DNA of 64,000 bases from Chrysomallon squamiferum (taxonomy: Eukaryota > Animalia > Mollusca), in NCBI GenBank assembly GCA_012295275.1, contig CM022675.1, forward strand, positions 2,418,001 to 2,482,000, read 5' to 3'. This document shows positions 1 through 36,848 of the stretch, in pieces; within the stretch, counting starts at the first letter, position 1, and each line of letters starts with the position of its first letter. The position numbers were made by a program, and so were the translations under genes. The notes under the pieces were generated by a model. It was not told the origin of the DNA and did no database searches. It worked only from the letters and a program-made list of their open reading frames with translations.

Positions 1-9
1 GATTTATTG

Positions 10-85
<76 letters not shown>

Positions 86-159
86 AATGAATACTGGTAT
101 ACAAGAATAAAGTTAGACGAGATGAATTTTCGGGATTGACCTATCTGCGGTTCAACCAC

Positions 160-260
160 ATTTAAACTTGTCTGACAAGCTCATAAAGAAAGTGTTATAA
201 GACTGGTTTGACTGATATTAAATCTAGGACTAAGTTCACTTTTAACCTGCTGACCTTTTT
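160..260 (+). repeat. Fragment of a dispersed repeat; inverted copy at ~63150-63230
   Basis: aaacttgtctgacaagctcataaagaaagtgttataagactggttt matches the reverse complement of 63181-63225. Confidence 0.55.
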
Positions 261-1914
261 ATCGAACTAATAACTGAATCCATCCTGCTGATTTTCTTTG
301 TGGTAAAAGCGTCGCGAAACGTGGTAACTATTAACACTAAAAGCGTATTCAGCTACAGCGAGCTGGTGTGTAAGTCAGACAAAACTTTGATTCCTTCACC
401 TCGCTTCACCGCGTCACAAACCAAACTGTTGTTCAAAGGTCAGTAGACTTGTTTACGAAACATGTTCACTGAAGAATGACGTGTTTTTTTTTTTTTTTTT
501 TTTTTGAAAGAGTAAAGCTGATAAGCTACAGGCTACTATCAGTCAATTTGCATATTATAAAGTTATGAAGAGACATATAAATCTGCTTAGGCTGGTATTA
601 AATATATCAACAATGTGCTCTTTATAATCTGTAACCATTTGCAATGGCTAACCAATTAGTTTTAGTATAATAAGAATAAACACAGTGTCAGACAGAATCG
701 CCGGCAAATGAAATGCACAAGTAGATATGATTTTCTAGAAATACTAGAAGTAGTGGTGGAACTAGTACCAACATAATTAGTACTTGCAGTAGCAGCAGTA
801 GTAGTAATAGTAAGGTTGCCTACGCAGTCACCACTGTCTGGCTGTTATCTTGACATTTTCCTTCAGAATGTATTTCATTATAGGTCTTAATTTTCTACAA
901 TAAAGGAAAACACACAACAACAAAAAAAAAAAAAAAAACATGTTTCCACACCAGTGTCACTAACCCATCATGAATAAACCGAACTTTTAGCACAATATTC
1001 GCACATTTCTTTTCTCACATAATCTGTATGTGTATATGTGTGTATTTGTATGTGTGCTTCATTCCTTTTTGTATATTATTTATTTCTTTATTATTATTTA
1101 TTTTATAATGCTTCGACTATTGTTTTCTGATAAAAGTAGACCAGACTTTTCGGTGTAATTATAAAACCATTTTGCAGAAAGTATTAAGAAAAGAGTAAAG
1201 AGATCTGAAATTTCTTAACGTCGCCATTTTGTACCACGCACTCAGCTGTGACGACAGCAGTCGCCATTGTTATGCAGCAACAGTTATTTAGGTCAGTTAT
1301 GTAGGTTTTTAAAAGTAGGTCATCTACTTTATTTCTTGTTCATATCTTTCACACACACAGGTATATATATTTCATTTTATTATTACATTATTAGCAGCTC
1401 ACAATATCAGTGGTATTTTAAAACTGTTTTGAAGATGGTCCAAGAAAACTGGTTTGACAACATTTGACTAGATTATATTTCTTCTCTTTTCTGTCGATAC
1501 TTTTAACTTAAATACAATTATGTGCGATTATTTTTGAATCTATATCTTTTCCCAGTGAAAAATAAAAATAGAAAATAAATAAAGAAAGAAAGAAAGAAAG
1601 AAAGAAATAATGGTGATGATGATAGTAATAATAATAATAACAGTTATATTTATGATGATGATGGAGAATATGATGATGATGATGATGCTGCTAATGATGA
1701 TAATAATAATAATAATAATAATAATATCCCTGCTACTACTACCTCTCGTTTTCACACTTACAATACTTTCGCTACTAATACTAATACAACAAGTAGTACT
1801 AACAATAAACTACTACTACTTTTACTAGTATTTCTATTAATACTGCTAATTGTACTAGTCTTACAGTACTAGTCTTACTACTACTACTACCACTACTACT
1901 ACTACTACTACTAC

Positions 1915-1953
<39 letters not shown>

Positions 1954-3036
1954 TAATAACAACATTTTAATGGCATAGTGAACTTTCTATACAACGAATG
2001 ACGTTCAAAATAAATTGCGATGTTAAACTTGATATTACATGTTTCTGATGTCTATTCAGTAAAAAAGAAATGCACTGAGATAGATGTTATCTCTGCGGGT
2101 GTTAGGGTGTGACGCGAAGCTGTACTTTCTGATGAATGGTGTTTACACTATTCAGAATAAAAGGCTAGTTGTTAATTACATATATCATCCACTGATCTTT
2201 GTTATAATTTTATTTCTGTGACGGGGGTAGCTTAATTTACTGTGAAATATATGTATACGTTCCTGTAGCTGCACGGCTGAATCTATTTACTTACACGTTG
2301 TTGTTGTTGTTTTTTTGTTTTTTTTTTATTTAAGATGAATTTAATATCATGAGTATGAAATGAGAACTATTATCGTAAACACGTTTGTGCTATATATTCT
2401 AAGACATAGACGTATTTTTTATATTATTATTTTCTTCTTATTACTATTACTTTTTCATTTTTAATTATTTATTCATTTATGTTTTGTTTTTATTATTTTA
2501 TTATATATATATATTTTTTTAATTATTTTTTGTGTGTGTGTGTTTTTGGTAAAACGTGTGCTGTAAACGTTTCTCCATTATTCTTCTTCTTTTCTAGAAT
2601 GTGCACACCGTCGCCTTAAAATATACCTTAGAGTTTTATATTTAAACTCACAGTAATATTCTCTGTCTGCCTGACTATTTTTAATGTTTATTATTGAATT
2701 AATTTCAAACATTAAGTGACTTTCGGTTCAGTGGCTGGTTTGTGTCTGTGTGTATGTGTATGTGTGTGTGCGCGTGTCTGTGTGTATGTGTGTGTGCGCG
2801 CGTGTCTGTGTGTGTGTGTGTGTTCTGTGTGTGCGAGTGTGTGTGTACATTTAAGTATGTATAAAGTACGTCTGATTAGACAGACACAACGTCAGACTCG
2901 GAAGACGGACGACATTACCATCAAGACAACGTTAACAGTACTTGCTAAGTTACCTGAGTGACTATGTTAATCGTCTTTGTGTATCCTAGTACAAGAAGCA
3001 GTATTGGTGTGTGTGCGTGTGTGTGTGTGATGCGCG

Positions 3037-3068
<32 letters not shown>

Positions 3069-3839
3069 CGCGTGTGTGTATGCGTGCGGGTGTGTGTGCG
3101 TGTGTGTGTGTGTGCGTGTGCGTGCGCGTGTGTGTATGTGTTTGTGTTTGCTGTATTCCATTTTACATAATTATTTATTATTATTCATTTTAATATACTT
3201 TCTGACAAAAGTAGATGAGACTCTTCAGTGATACTATCAAATCGTGTTGAAGAAAGTGTTAAGAAAAGAATAAACAGACTTGAAATGTATTAATTTCTTA
3301 ACTCGAGTAACGCGTCAACGCACTCAGCTGTGACGACAGCAGTCTCCTTTCTCACGCAGCAACAAATAATTAGTTGAGTTTTGTCTGGTTTTAAATGTAA
3401 CCCACAAACATATCAGTCATTTTGTTATCATCTTGAAACCGATTTTTGTTACAGTAAATTCATTAACAATTTTCTATTTAATACTGCATATATACGGATA
3501 TACTGAGACACACATACACACATACACACATACACATATACACATACAAAGCAGAGAACTAATAATACAATCGCTGCTGATACTAATATCGTTGCCAATA
3601 CAACAGATACTACTTTGACTATTATTATTATTCTTAATGCTACTAGTATTAATAGTTGTAATGCGACCAAAAAAAACCCCACAAAAACCCCCACAAAAAA
3701 ACCCCACAAAAACCCCCACAAAAAAACAAGAACAAAATAAAAAATAAAAATACTGGCATAACAATATCAATATTACTTTTACAATAATACAGCTAAAACT
3801 GCCATTGTTATTAGAATTACTATTGACTCTACAACACCC

Positions 3840-4180
3840 ACCATCACTAGTACTACAATTACTACTACTACCACCACTACTACCACTACCACTACTACTA
3901 CTACTATTACTGCTACTGCTTCTGCTGTTACTACTACTATTAAGACTACTACTGGTACTAGTACTAATACTAATACTAATAGTAATACTACTAATGCTAA
4001 TACCAATAATCGAGTAACTAATATTACTCCTGCTAATTACTTCTGTTATTATTGCTGGTACTTCTACTGCTACTACGACTACTACTGCTACTAGTACTAC
4101 TACTACTAGTACTACTAATAGTACTACTACTGCTACTGCTACTGCTACTACTATTGTACTAACACTGACACTGACACTAA
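3840..4180. repeat. Degenerate (ACT)n-type trinucleotide tract
   Basis: act/gct/acc/aat triplet variants; the source of spurious Ser/Val/Leu-rich ORFs. Confidence 0.85.
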
Positions 4181-4665
4181 GACTCATCTCGGTCTACTGA
4201 ATATATGATACTATATACTGGTCTAAAATGTATTTTCTGATTGTTTTCTTTCTTAAAGTAGAAAATAGGAATGTTACAGTGATATAAGGTAATACACAGA
4301 CTGTGTCTGAGCGCTTCCAGACGTTTCATATAAACAGTCAATTAGTATATCAGTGAGTAAGCTTTGAATCTGGTTACCTGAGTGTCTATGTTAATCGTGC
4401 TTGACTCTTTGCAGTAGTGATACTACAAATAGTATTACTACTAACAATGATAACTGCACCAGTGGTATGAATAAACAACAAACACATTTTCTGTACGTTT
4501 TATGGTAATGATCATTTTTTTTTTTTTTTTAAATTATTATTATTTTTTAAATGTTATAAACGTGAATAGAAATAGCGAAATAGTTGTTTGAATCCCGTTT
4601 GTAATGAACGCTGATAAAAAAAAGTATTGCTGTTTCTTCCTTCCTATTCTGTTTGTCTGTGTGTG

Positions 4666-4775
<110 letters not shown>

Positions 4776-5453
4776 AGCTCACGGTACAATTTTTCTCTAA
4801 CTTGTTACGTCGACCAATGCTATTATCTTTATTGCTGCTAGCATTACTAATTATAATGCTACAAAAGTACAGATATATTAAACTAATACTGCCAGTCTTA
4901 TTATGGTTACTACTAATGATGCAACTACCACCATTACTACTTGTTACTGAAAACGTATCACATATATAGCTTTTTTATTTATTTATTTATTTATAAATGG
5001 AGAAACAGAGAGACAGATGGACTGATCTACTGATGCATATATAAATATAGATGTTTTCATTTTCTCATTACATTATTATTTTACGATAACGGCAGTTGAT
5101 ATTTTGTTACTGAAATTTTAAAACTGTTTTGAAGAAAGTATTAAGACAGCTAGTTTGACAACATTTGAGTAGATTATTGTAGTGTACTCATACAAACACA
5201 CTTGCGATGCCTCACTGCTCATCTAGACGATTACAAGTCACATCATGTGTTTTTCAGTCTCTTATGCAGCTTATAAATTATTATTATTAATAGTAGTAGT
5301 AGTAGTAGTAGTAATAGCAGCAGCAGAGCAGTAGTATTAGTAGTAATACTAATTGTAGTAATAATATCATTCATTATCATTAATATTTTTGTTCATTTTT
5401 TACCTTAAATATAATTATGTGTTATTTATGTGTTTATGTTTGTTTGTTTTGTT

Positions 5454-5521
<68 letters not shown>

Positions 5522-5995
5522 GACATACTGCAGATTGTGAGAGAAACTTCACTGAATGACGTTTAAAATTAATTACGATGTTAAATTAAGATTGATATTA
5601 CATGTTTTCTGATTTCTATACAGTAAAAAAGAAATGCACTGAGATAGATGTTATCTCTGCAGGTGTTAGGGCATGATATGAAGTTGTATTTTCAGGGGAA
5701 TAGTCTTTTACTATTAAAAATAAAAATAAAAAAAAATAAAAAAATAAGACTTTAATGTATACCTAACAGCTAGTGATCTTTGTCACACTTTTATTTCCTT
5801 GACGTCCATGCATCTGAATTACTCAAGATATTTACTTGATTTCTTTTTATCTTTTATTTTTATTTCTTTGAAAGTGTTTTTCATCATGTCTAAGAAGCGA
5901 CAATTTTATCTAAACACAACATTTTGCCATAAATACACATATATATTCACACATTAATACAGATACATACAGGCACACACAGACATATATACATA

Positions 5996-6054
<59 letters not shown>

Positions 6055-6909
6055 ATAAAGTAGCAGTCAAAAGTAAACCCATACGTTAAACTACAACAAA
6101 GGAATACAACAATCACCACTTTGCGCAATAAATATAACAGAAAATAAATGAATAAAATAAAATAAAAAGCAAACACTATCTGTTATATGACTCAGTGTAA
6201 CTGCGTATTTGCCTGCTTAAACATACTAGATAGAGAATGATGTGTATGATATATCGATTCTTGTTTTACCCTCGAAGCGTAGCACGCGGCTATCCCTCAG
6301 TTCTGTATGAGACAAGAAAGAAGATAAAAATGTATCTGGGCTTGGCTGGTACGTATTTAACTACAGTCACTGACGTCTAGAAACACAGACACGCATGGCT
6401 GGTAACACATACTTAGTGGTTTGTTTGAATTGTTGTTGTTTTTTACTTATTCTTGTTGTTCTTGGACTTATACGTGTTGTGTTTAACGTTAAATGTAGCA
6501 AACAAACAGTCTGACAGTTCTGCCATCTCCAAACCGTTTTGTATTGCTATATACTAATACACTATTGTTTTACACGGATGTAGTAAAACATGCATACCTA
6601 TATATACACACACACACACATTTATTTATTTATATATTTACTTGTTTGTTTGTTTGTTTATTTATTTGTAAGTGTATGTTAGATTTTTTGTGCATTGGTG
6701 TGTACATTTATACTTATTTGTAAATATATATATATATATATATGTTTTCTGTGGACAGTAGTGATCTAATCATAACACCAATCATTATATGTGTCATGAC
6801 TTAACAGTAAAACAAACAAATAAATAAATAAACATAGCCCGCATACACGATGCCATGATATGTACATTATTTGTTAACTCGTGTTTGCTCACTGTAAATG
6901 AAAAAAAAG

Positions 6910-6970
<61 letters not shown>

Positions 6971-7068
6971 AAAGAAGAACAGAAAAATGAAATATTTCGG
7001 TACAGTACTGACGAGCTATTCGTCTGATTTCAAATAGGTCATGCATTGAAACGAACTAGTTTTTACCA

Positions 7069-7176
7069 CATAAATAGAGCAAACTCTGCATTAATGCACA
7101 TTTTTACATTTCTTCCTAAACGGATCAGACAGTGTCAGTGATAAAGCTGCTTATTTCGAGTGTTACAATAAACAAG
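7069..7176 (+). promoter_or_regulatory. Candidate TATA-like box and non-coding first exon of copy 1
   Basis: CATAAATAGAGC, then ~100 bp ending in GAGTGTTACAATAAACAAG|GTACGT. The block is conserved at 8035-8141, 40579-40687 and 47696-47804. The ATG exon has an acceptor that needs an upstream donor. Confidence 0.5.
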
Positions 7177-7485
7177 GTACGTTCAGCTTACCTTTCTATA
7201 TATGTGTATATCTGTTATATATAAATGGACAATTTAAACATTTTTATTAGTATGCTACTTGAATACATGTTTATGTACACTGTCTGTATATTTATTTCAT
7301 GCTTCTTCAAGAAAATGTATATGTATATTTGTATATATGAGTATGTGTGATACTTCAATAAATAAATTTACACTTTCAATATATTGTATGTATGCTACTT
7401 CAATAGTGTCTGTATGCTACTTCTGAATACTGTCTATGTGCAGAGTCTCTTCAGACAGAGAATATTGATATCCCAAAATACAGAC

Positions 7486-7552
<67 letters not shown>

Positions 7553-8830
7553 TATAAAAACAAATTCAAGCAAAAATACACATATCACAATACCACCAGA
7601 TATAGAAACATTCACTCATAAAACACACGTAGGCACACGCATATACATACAAAAATACATATACGCATAAAGTCATACATACACACGAACATAAAAACAC
7701 AGAGATGTCGTATGTGTGTCACGAGTTAAGAATAAATGAATAAATAAGTAAATAAATGAATACGTAAATAGGTAATTAAATACATAAATAAATAAATAAA
7801 ACTACTATATATTTTTTATTTCACAAACCGATAAAGAAGCAAACAAATACATAAACATTATGTCATGATATTTATATTACCTATTAACTATGCGTGTATC
7901 TTAAATGTACCAGAAACAATGTCTACAAGATCATGGTTTCCGTTAAAAAAATAATAATAATAATAATACAAAAATAAAATAATAATAATAATAATAAATC
8001 GGCGATGCATTGAAACCATCTTTATTTTCTTATCACAAAAATAGTGAAAAGCTCAACTTAATACACATTTTTACATTTCTTTCCAGACACATCACACAGT
8101 GTAAGCGAGGAAAACGGTTAGAGTGTTACAATAAACAAGCTACGTTCAGATTTGTGTATATGCGACTTCATTAAATGTAAATGCACACTTTAGATATTGT
8201 TATCTGTATGCTACTTCTATAAATGTATATGTACACTTATTTTATATTTCTATCTGTGATACGTCAGTAAATGTATATCTACGCTCTCTATATCTGTGTG
8301 TATTTGCTACTTGAACAGATGTATATGTATATTAATTCAGTACCTGTGTACGTACACTTTCTATTTCTACATGTTTGTATGTATGATATGTCAACAGATA
8401 TAGGTGTAAACTTTCTATACAGTTGTACGTATGTTTCTTCAGTAAATGTATCTGTACACTTTCCATATATTTGTGTGTATACTGCGTCAGTAAATGTATC
8501 TGTAAACGTTGTATGCGTTTGTATGCTCAAGAATAACTCTTTGATCATAAGGCAACAATTCAGGAGCTATATTAAGGCATGCTGCACAGAAAAATGATAA
8601 ACAGTTGACGTTGATGTCACAGTTGCTCCGTATTCTCATCACTGCAGCAGGGCTTGTGTCCCTTCAACAGTTGCCGTACCTGCTGATACATAGCGATACA
8701 ATTAGAAAATGTCTTAACGCGTGAGTTTGCGCAAATATGAGTTTCCTTCTCAATAATTTGTGTGTACCATTTAGTTGTTGTTGGTTTTTGGGGGTATTTT
8801 AAAGTTGTATTAATATATGTATGTGTATGT

Positions 8831-8906
<76 letters not shown>

Positions 8907-9276
8907 AAGAAGAAGAAAAATAAATGAAAACTTAAGTTTCTAGCTCAAAGAATATGACAAATTAAGCAATTGTTTTTCTCAGTACACCAAGTGATTTAAA
9001 TAAGCAAAATGTAGGGACAGCTTTAATGTGAGCTTTTTGTGAGCTTTTTCTGAGAGACAAGTTCAGTAGGATAATTATTTTATTTTGAACAGCTTCATTT
9101 AGGATAATATGGTAAATAAAAGCAAACAAACAAATACGAACTTGTACTTTGCACGAAAACAACAATATTTTAGATAAATGATGTTGAAAAATAGTGTGTT
9201 TCATAACAGTTAATAGCTTTTTTCATGCTTGATTGTTTTATTGCATATTTTTAATTGTCTCGAAACATCTTCATTT

Positions 9277-9339
<63 letters not shown>

Positions 9340-9587
9340 TGCCTGTACATGTTTAATCAGTTTGTATAGACTTTTTGTGTAACTGACTATGTAAGAACGT
9401 ACATTTCTTAAAGTGAGGAGTGACTTACACCTATATCAACATATAACATCAAAGCTGTTTGTTGTTTATTTTTAGTTATTTATGTGTTTATTTATTTATC
9501 TGCTTGTTTGTTTGTTTGTCTACACATTTATTTATTTCTTTATTTTTATTTAGTTATATGTTTGTTTATTTAATTTTTCTTTCTTTT

Positions 9588-9623
<36 letters not shown>

Positions 9624-9754
9624 TTTATTTATTTATTTTGCTTGTTTGTTTCTTTGCTTATTTATGTATTTATTTGTTTATTTCTTTGTTATTTTGTTTG
9701 CTCGTTTGCCAATTTATTTATTTATTTAAATATTCTTTTCAGTATAAACTAAAG

Positions 9755-20445
<10,691 letters not shown>

Positions 20446-21182
20446 AAGGAAGATGTCAACAAACACCAGATTTAGTTAACCTGACAAAGAGTTCAGATTA
20501 ATGTAGAAGCAAACTGAACTTGAAATCAGTTTAAAATGTTACGTAAAGTGGCTATTGTCTAATTAACCTTTTTTTTTTGTTTGCTTTTTATTTAATTATT
20601 TATTTATTTATATTATCTACTTTTTTATTTATTTATTTTTTTATTGTATATATATTTATTTATTTATTTATATGTTTATTTAGTTTAAGTATTATTATTT
20701 TTTGGGGGTTCGGGGCTTCCTTACTTCTTTTGACTTGAATGTCACTGGTTATTTAATCGCTTGAAAAACATGGATTATTTTCAGGACTTCCCTTTGAGCA
20801 TTTTCTTTCAATTTGTTTGTCATTTATTTATTTATTTTATCATTAGTTCTTTTTTCTTTTTTTTTTCTTTTTTTTTTTTTTCTGTTGGTATCGGTCTTGA
20901 TTTGTTAGATTATTATTTAATGATTTATTTTGCATTTCGTCTACTAGACTTTGTATTTAGTTTCATTGTATTTTATTTCATTGTTATTCTTGTTCTCGTT
21001 ATTGTTGTTGTTGCTATTATTATTATTATCATTTTTATTGTTATTATTATTATTATTATTATTATTGTTATTATTATCTTCAGATTTCGTCATTACATAT
21101 TTCTTGCTTCTTTATATTTTTTCGAAATGTAATTGTTTAATGTTCTTTTGCCTTTTGCTTTAATTAAATATCCAAGACTTTG

Positions 21183-21188
21183 AATAAA
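21183..21188 (+). terminator. Candidate polyadenylation signal, copy 1
   Basis: AATAAAGCTT context conserved 0.7-1 kb after the stop in all three copies (33647, 60362), followed by T/GT-rich sequence. Confidence 0.5.
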
Positions 21189-21827
21189 GCTTGTAGCAAT
21201 GAATGTCATGTGATTTGTTTTCTTTATTAATTCATAAACCGTGCTAACATATTGTTTGATGCACATGTTACTTACGAAATTACTTCTCTACTTTGATCTT
21301 CATTTGTTTTGATTATTTACTTTCGTTGGGTTATTATTCTAGATAATTTCAATTAAAACTGAAGATCATTAAATGGTTTCTAGATATTTACGCAATTTTG
21401 ATGACACTTGAGTTAGGGCTTCGTTTTATGCTGCTGTTATTATATACATGTCTACCAAATAATGAGCACAGAACTGTAAGAAGATGTATTTTATGCGCCT
21501 CTAGATCCAATATTCACAGACATACTTGTGTTCTATTCATGCAAAAATTACAAAACTCTTTTCCTGAACTTTAAAAAATGGAAGTCACAACGTATTTAGT
21601 GAAATTTAGCAGTTTCCAGTAAAAAGTTGTTGCAATAATTTTTATTAGTAACTTACTAAATAAAATCCAGCATTCTGCAGTTAACAGCTGGTATAATAAT
21701 GATTATCAATAGTTCACTGACTTAATAAAACCCAGCTTTCTGCAACTGTTAATAAATTACTTAAAATGTATTTATTTATCTATTTATTTACTTTCTTATT
21801 TTGTTATTATTATTAATATCATTATTA

Positions 21828-21875
<48 letters not shown>

Positions 21876-22097
21876 GTTGTAGTAGTAGTAGTAATGTTAG
21901 TAGTAGTAGTATTGTCATACTCATTACCATTATCTTCTATAATAATATGTGTGATAATAAGGATGATGATGACGATCATCCAAATAATATTAATAAAAAT
22001 AATAATAATAATAATAAAGATAGACAAATATAATGATTCACAGATAGATAAGTGAATAATAGAAACATTTATGCTTGTTTCCCAGTATAACCTAAAC

Positions 22098-32676
<10,579 letters not shown>

Positions 32677-32915
32677 CCTGACAAATATTGCATATAGTGT
32701 AGTAGCAAACTGAAGTTGAAAACTGTTTTTTCTTTTAGGTAAAATTGCCTTTGTTTAAAGGTTTTCTTTGCTTTAGCAGACTTCACTAACTACATTGCCT
32801 TTTGGTAATTATTTGTCTTCTTTTGTTTTTTCTCTGATTTTCTTTCTTCTGATTTTTATTTCATAGTTCTTGTTTAACCAGTTTTTTATAATTTTGTTTT
32901 GTGTGTTTGTGTTTG

Positions 32916-33072
<157 letters not shown>

Positions 33073-33278
33073 TTGTTTCAATTCCTTATTTATTTATCTA
33101 TTTATTTTATTTTATTTATTTATTATTCAAGATCTTATGCTAATAAAAACAAATTCGCTATCGTCAGACTTAATTTTCTCCCAAATTTCGTTTTGCTTTT
33201 CTTCCTTTTTTTCTTCCTTTCCATATTGTTTCTTTTCGTCTAGTTAGTTTTACTATTATTATTGCATATATACGCACG

Positions 33279-33320
<42 letters not shown>

Positions 33321-33442
33321 ATGGGTTACTTTTTTCTTCAGCTGTAGCTTGGATTACTGAAATCCAAATTGTTTTGTAATATACGCAATACTTTTCTTTC
33401 GTTTTCTTAACCTGGCATAAAAGGAAAATGTTTGGCGTTGCC

Positions 33443-33501
<59 letters not shown>

Positions 33502-33646
33502 TGATATTCTTATGTTTAGATTTAGTTTTATTTTCTTTATTTTTGTTTCTTGCTTGCTTTCCTATTCCTGTAGCTGGATTCGTATTTTTTACTTCTTTTC
33601 ATTCAATTGTTACTATTTTGTATTTTTATATATTTGCATTATTTTG

Positions 33647-33652
33647 AATAAA
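33647..33652 (+). terminator. Candidate polyadenylation signal, copy 2
   Basis: TTTGAATAAAGCTT matches the copy 1 context. Confidence 0.4.
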
Positions 33653-34046
33653 GCTTATTGGGGTGCATCTCTTGTAGTTTGTTTTCTGTAATATGTCGTA
33701 GATATTAGTTGAGATTTATTTTTTGTTTATATAATTATTATCATTACTATATTCTGGGTTTTCGGCTTATTGTATAAATTCATGACAGAAAAAAAGCCTT
33801 TTCCCCCTGAAGGTTCTTGTTGTAATTATCATATTTTTGTCATGCATAAAACGATGTTTTTCCTTACTTTTCTAGCTTAAATTACTGTACGTGTGAATCC
33901 TTATTCTTCTTCTATATTACTAAAAAATAAATTGTTACAATTATTATTATTGTTATTATTATTTTTATTATTATTATTATTGTTGTTGCTGTTGTTGTTA
34001 TTGTTTGTGTTGTTGTTGTTATTATTATTCTTATTATGATTATTAC

Positions 34047-34528
34047 TTTTCCGAATTAAAAAAGAAAGCAAACATACGTAACGACATTAAAATTATCTGT
34101 GTGTAAATAGCTACAAAAAAGACTACTTCTTTAAAGAGGCAGACGAGTGAGAAATCTCACTGAACTTTTGGTGGCATGTTAACAGGTGTCACTACGACCA
34201 ATAAGTAAAGACTACACAGAATCGCTTGATATCGAGTGACATTATTTAATACCATTACTGATTATAATTATTAATAGTTTTAAAACAAAAAGGAATTTGT
34301 CTTCTATTTAATTTCTCTATTCAGTTTTATCTTTGGTGTTATTCTATCGCTGATTTTTCAACTTATTATTTTCTCCATTTTAATATTGTCAATACATACA
34401 CTTATAGTGAAATCTTTCAAGAAGTGTTTTTCGTCCATTACCATCAAGTGTAACAGTACTAGTAACAGTAGTCTTAGTAGTAGTAGGAGTGTTATTATTA
34501 CCAGCAGCAGCAACTGAACGAATAGCAA

Positions 34529-34559
<31 letters not shown>

Positions 34560-35104
34560 GGCATTATTATTATAAGAAGTAGTAGTACTACCAGTATACC
34601 TCTATATGTGCAGCACTAAAGAGAAAAGACAACTGTGAATTAATTTACTATAACAAAGATTCGCTTAGAGATGACAAGAAAAAGACAGACATGTTTGTTA
34701 CTACATTTAACAACAGACAAAACTAAACTAAATATATGTCGAGACATAACAAGGGAGACTACTGTCGTCACAGCTGAGTGCAAGTATCCATTGCTCGTGT
34801 TTTTATGCTCTGATATGTTTATTATTTACTTCATGCTTTCCTCAAAATAGTTTTATCTACTCACACATAAAAACACAAACACACAGAAACACTCTTTTAT
34901 CACTTTCCACGTGTCAGTAAAAGAATACAGAATCATCAATGTAACACGTATCAGATAATAACTTTTGTTTCTAATTTACTTCCATTAAAAGATAGCCTTA
35001 TTAAGATGAATAAATAAATAAATAAATAGATAATTTCGCTGTCAAACTATCTGAAGAGATTTAAATAAAAAACTTAGGCTTTTGAAATTCATAGTTTAAC
35101 TGAC

Positions 35105-35144
<40 letters not shown>

Positions 35145-35425
35145 TCCGTAAGTATTATAATTACTCAGTGAAATTACATTTTCACTAAGTAATTAAGTAC
35201 TTACAGATCACTGTAATTATAATCGTGTACAATTATGATGATCAAACTATGATATCAAGTGAATCTGTGTAGTCTTTGCTGATAGGTCATGCTGTCACGT
35301 GTTAAGGTGCCACCAAAAGTTCAGATAATCTGCCTGTTTAAAAACTTAGTCTATTCTGTTGCTACATACCTAGTTAGAATTATAATGTAGTAAGGTAGTT
35401 TTGCTTTGTTTATTAATTCGGACAA
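34047..35425. repeat. Long imperfect inverted repeat (arms ~34047-34235 and ~35250-35425, ~1 kb spacer)
   Basis: ctgaacttttggtggca..aaagactacacaga..cttgatatc is mirrored by gatatcaag..tctgtgtagtcttt..tgccaccaaaagttcag. Confidence 0.85.
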
Positions 35426-35447
35426 AGTTATAATAATAATAATAATA

Positions 35448-35480
<33 letters not shown>

Positions 35481-35481
35481 T

Positions 35482-35539
<58 letters not shown>

Positions 35540-36791
35540 GTAATTATAATTATAACAATAAACACATTCTTGACTTTTAGCATAATCAGTATGATGTTAC
35601 ATTTTGGTTTCTGGATTTCCTCCAGAAATAAAAATATCATCTTTGTTACAAGTATTACTGATAAAGAAAGTCATTACAGACTGAGTCTCCAATGCCTCCC
35701 AGTGTCTTTATCCGTGAAACTGAGAGATTTAGACATTTTACTTCTATTCAGTACGTTAATGAACACTAAATACTGAAGTTTCGTGAGAGAAATAAATTAG
35801 CGACAAAACATGAGAGGACTATCTGAGCATGGGGCGGGCAAACTTCTTAAAACAGGGGCCGGATGGATCTGATAGGAAGAGCATCAGGACCAGAATACGA
35901 AATGAGAACAACAAATATTTCAGAACGAGTATTTTATGTAAACAGTAATTTTACTTTTAACGGATGCGGACACTATTAATTCGGCGAGTGCCTTCGAGAC
36001 CGCTTAAAAATTAAACTTGAGTGTGACGTGAATAAAAAAATAATAATAATAAAAATAAAAACAGCTGTATCAGCTGACTTTATTTCATTGACTTTTATGT
36101 TGCTGTCTTGGATGTTAATTGTTAACAGTTTGGCGAACCAGACAATAAATCTACCTGGGCCGTTGTTTGCCCGCCGCTGATTTAAACCATTATGAAACGC
36201 ACTGTTTGTTATAGTCGAACATTTTGCAATGTTCCGACACGACAGTGAAATATCCAAATTCAAATAGTAAATTACTGGTTTGATCGTATGTTTGTTTAAT
36301 GAGTAAAATTATATTTCTTTTTCGCAAAATATGATCCAAATAGAACAGATGATAATAATAAAAACAACAACAACAACAAAAAAACTAAAATAAAATAAAA
36401 AACATATTTTTTTTTTTGTTGATTTAAAAAAAAAAAAAATTCATAAGAACTGGCGACTATTAATCTCGATTATTCTGGAATCATTAATGAGACTTTCTGT
36501 ACGGAGGACAATTGTTGGAATTGCAAACAAATATTAAAAAAATGCATGACCTCATCAGATGTACATTCTGCAACCAGTTTAAGTATAGCAACTGCTCATA
36601 CATTTCAAATTATGACCGTACACACACACACACAGACGCACGCACACAGACTCGTGCACACACACAAACACACACATACACACTATTTTATCACTTACCA
36701 CATGTCAGTAAAATAATACAGAATCATCAGTGTAACACTTGTGTCATAACAACTTTTGTTTCTAATTTTCACTCATTAAAATATAGCCTAT

Positions 36792-36848
<57 letters not shown>

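Noticed and set aside
3474-4187. 237-aa minus-strand Ser/Val-rich ORF and overlapping ORFs
   Set aside because: Low-complexity (ACT)n tract with no splice or paralog support.
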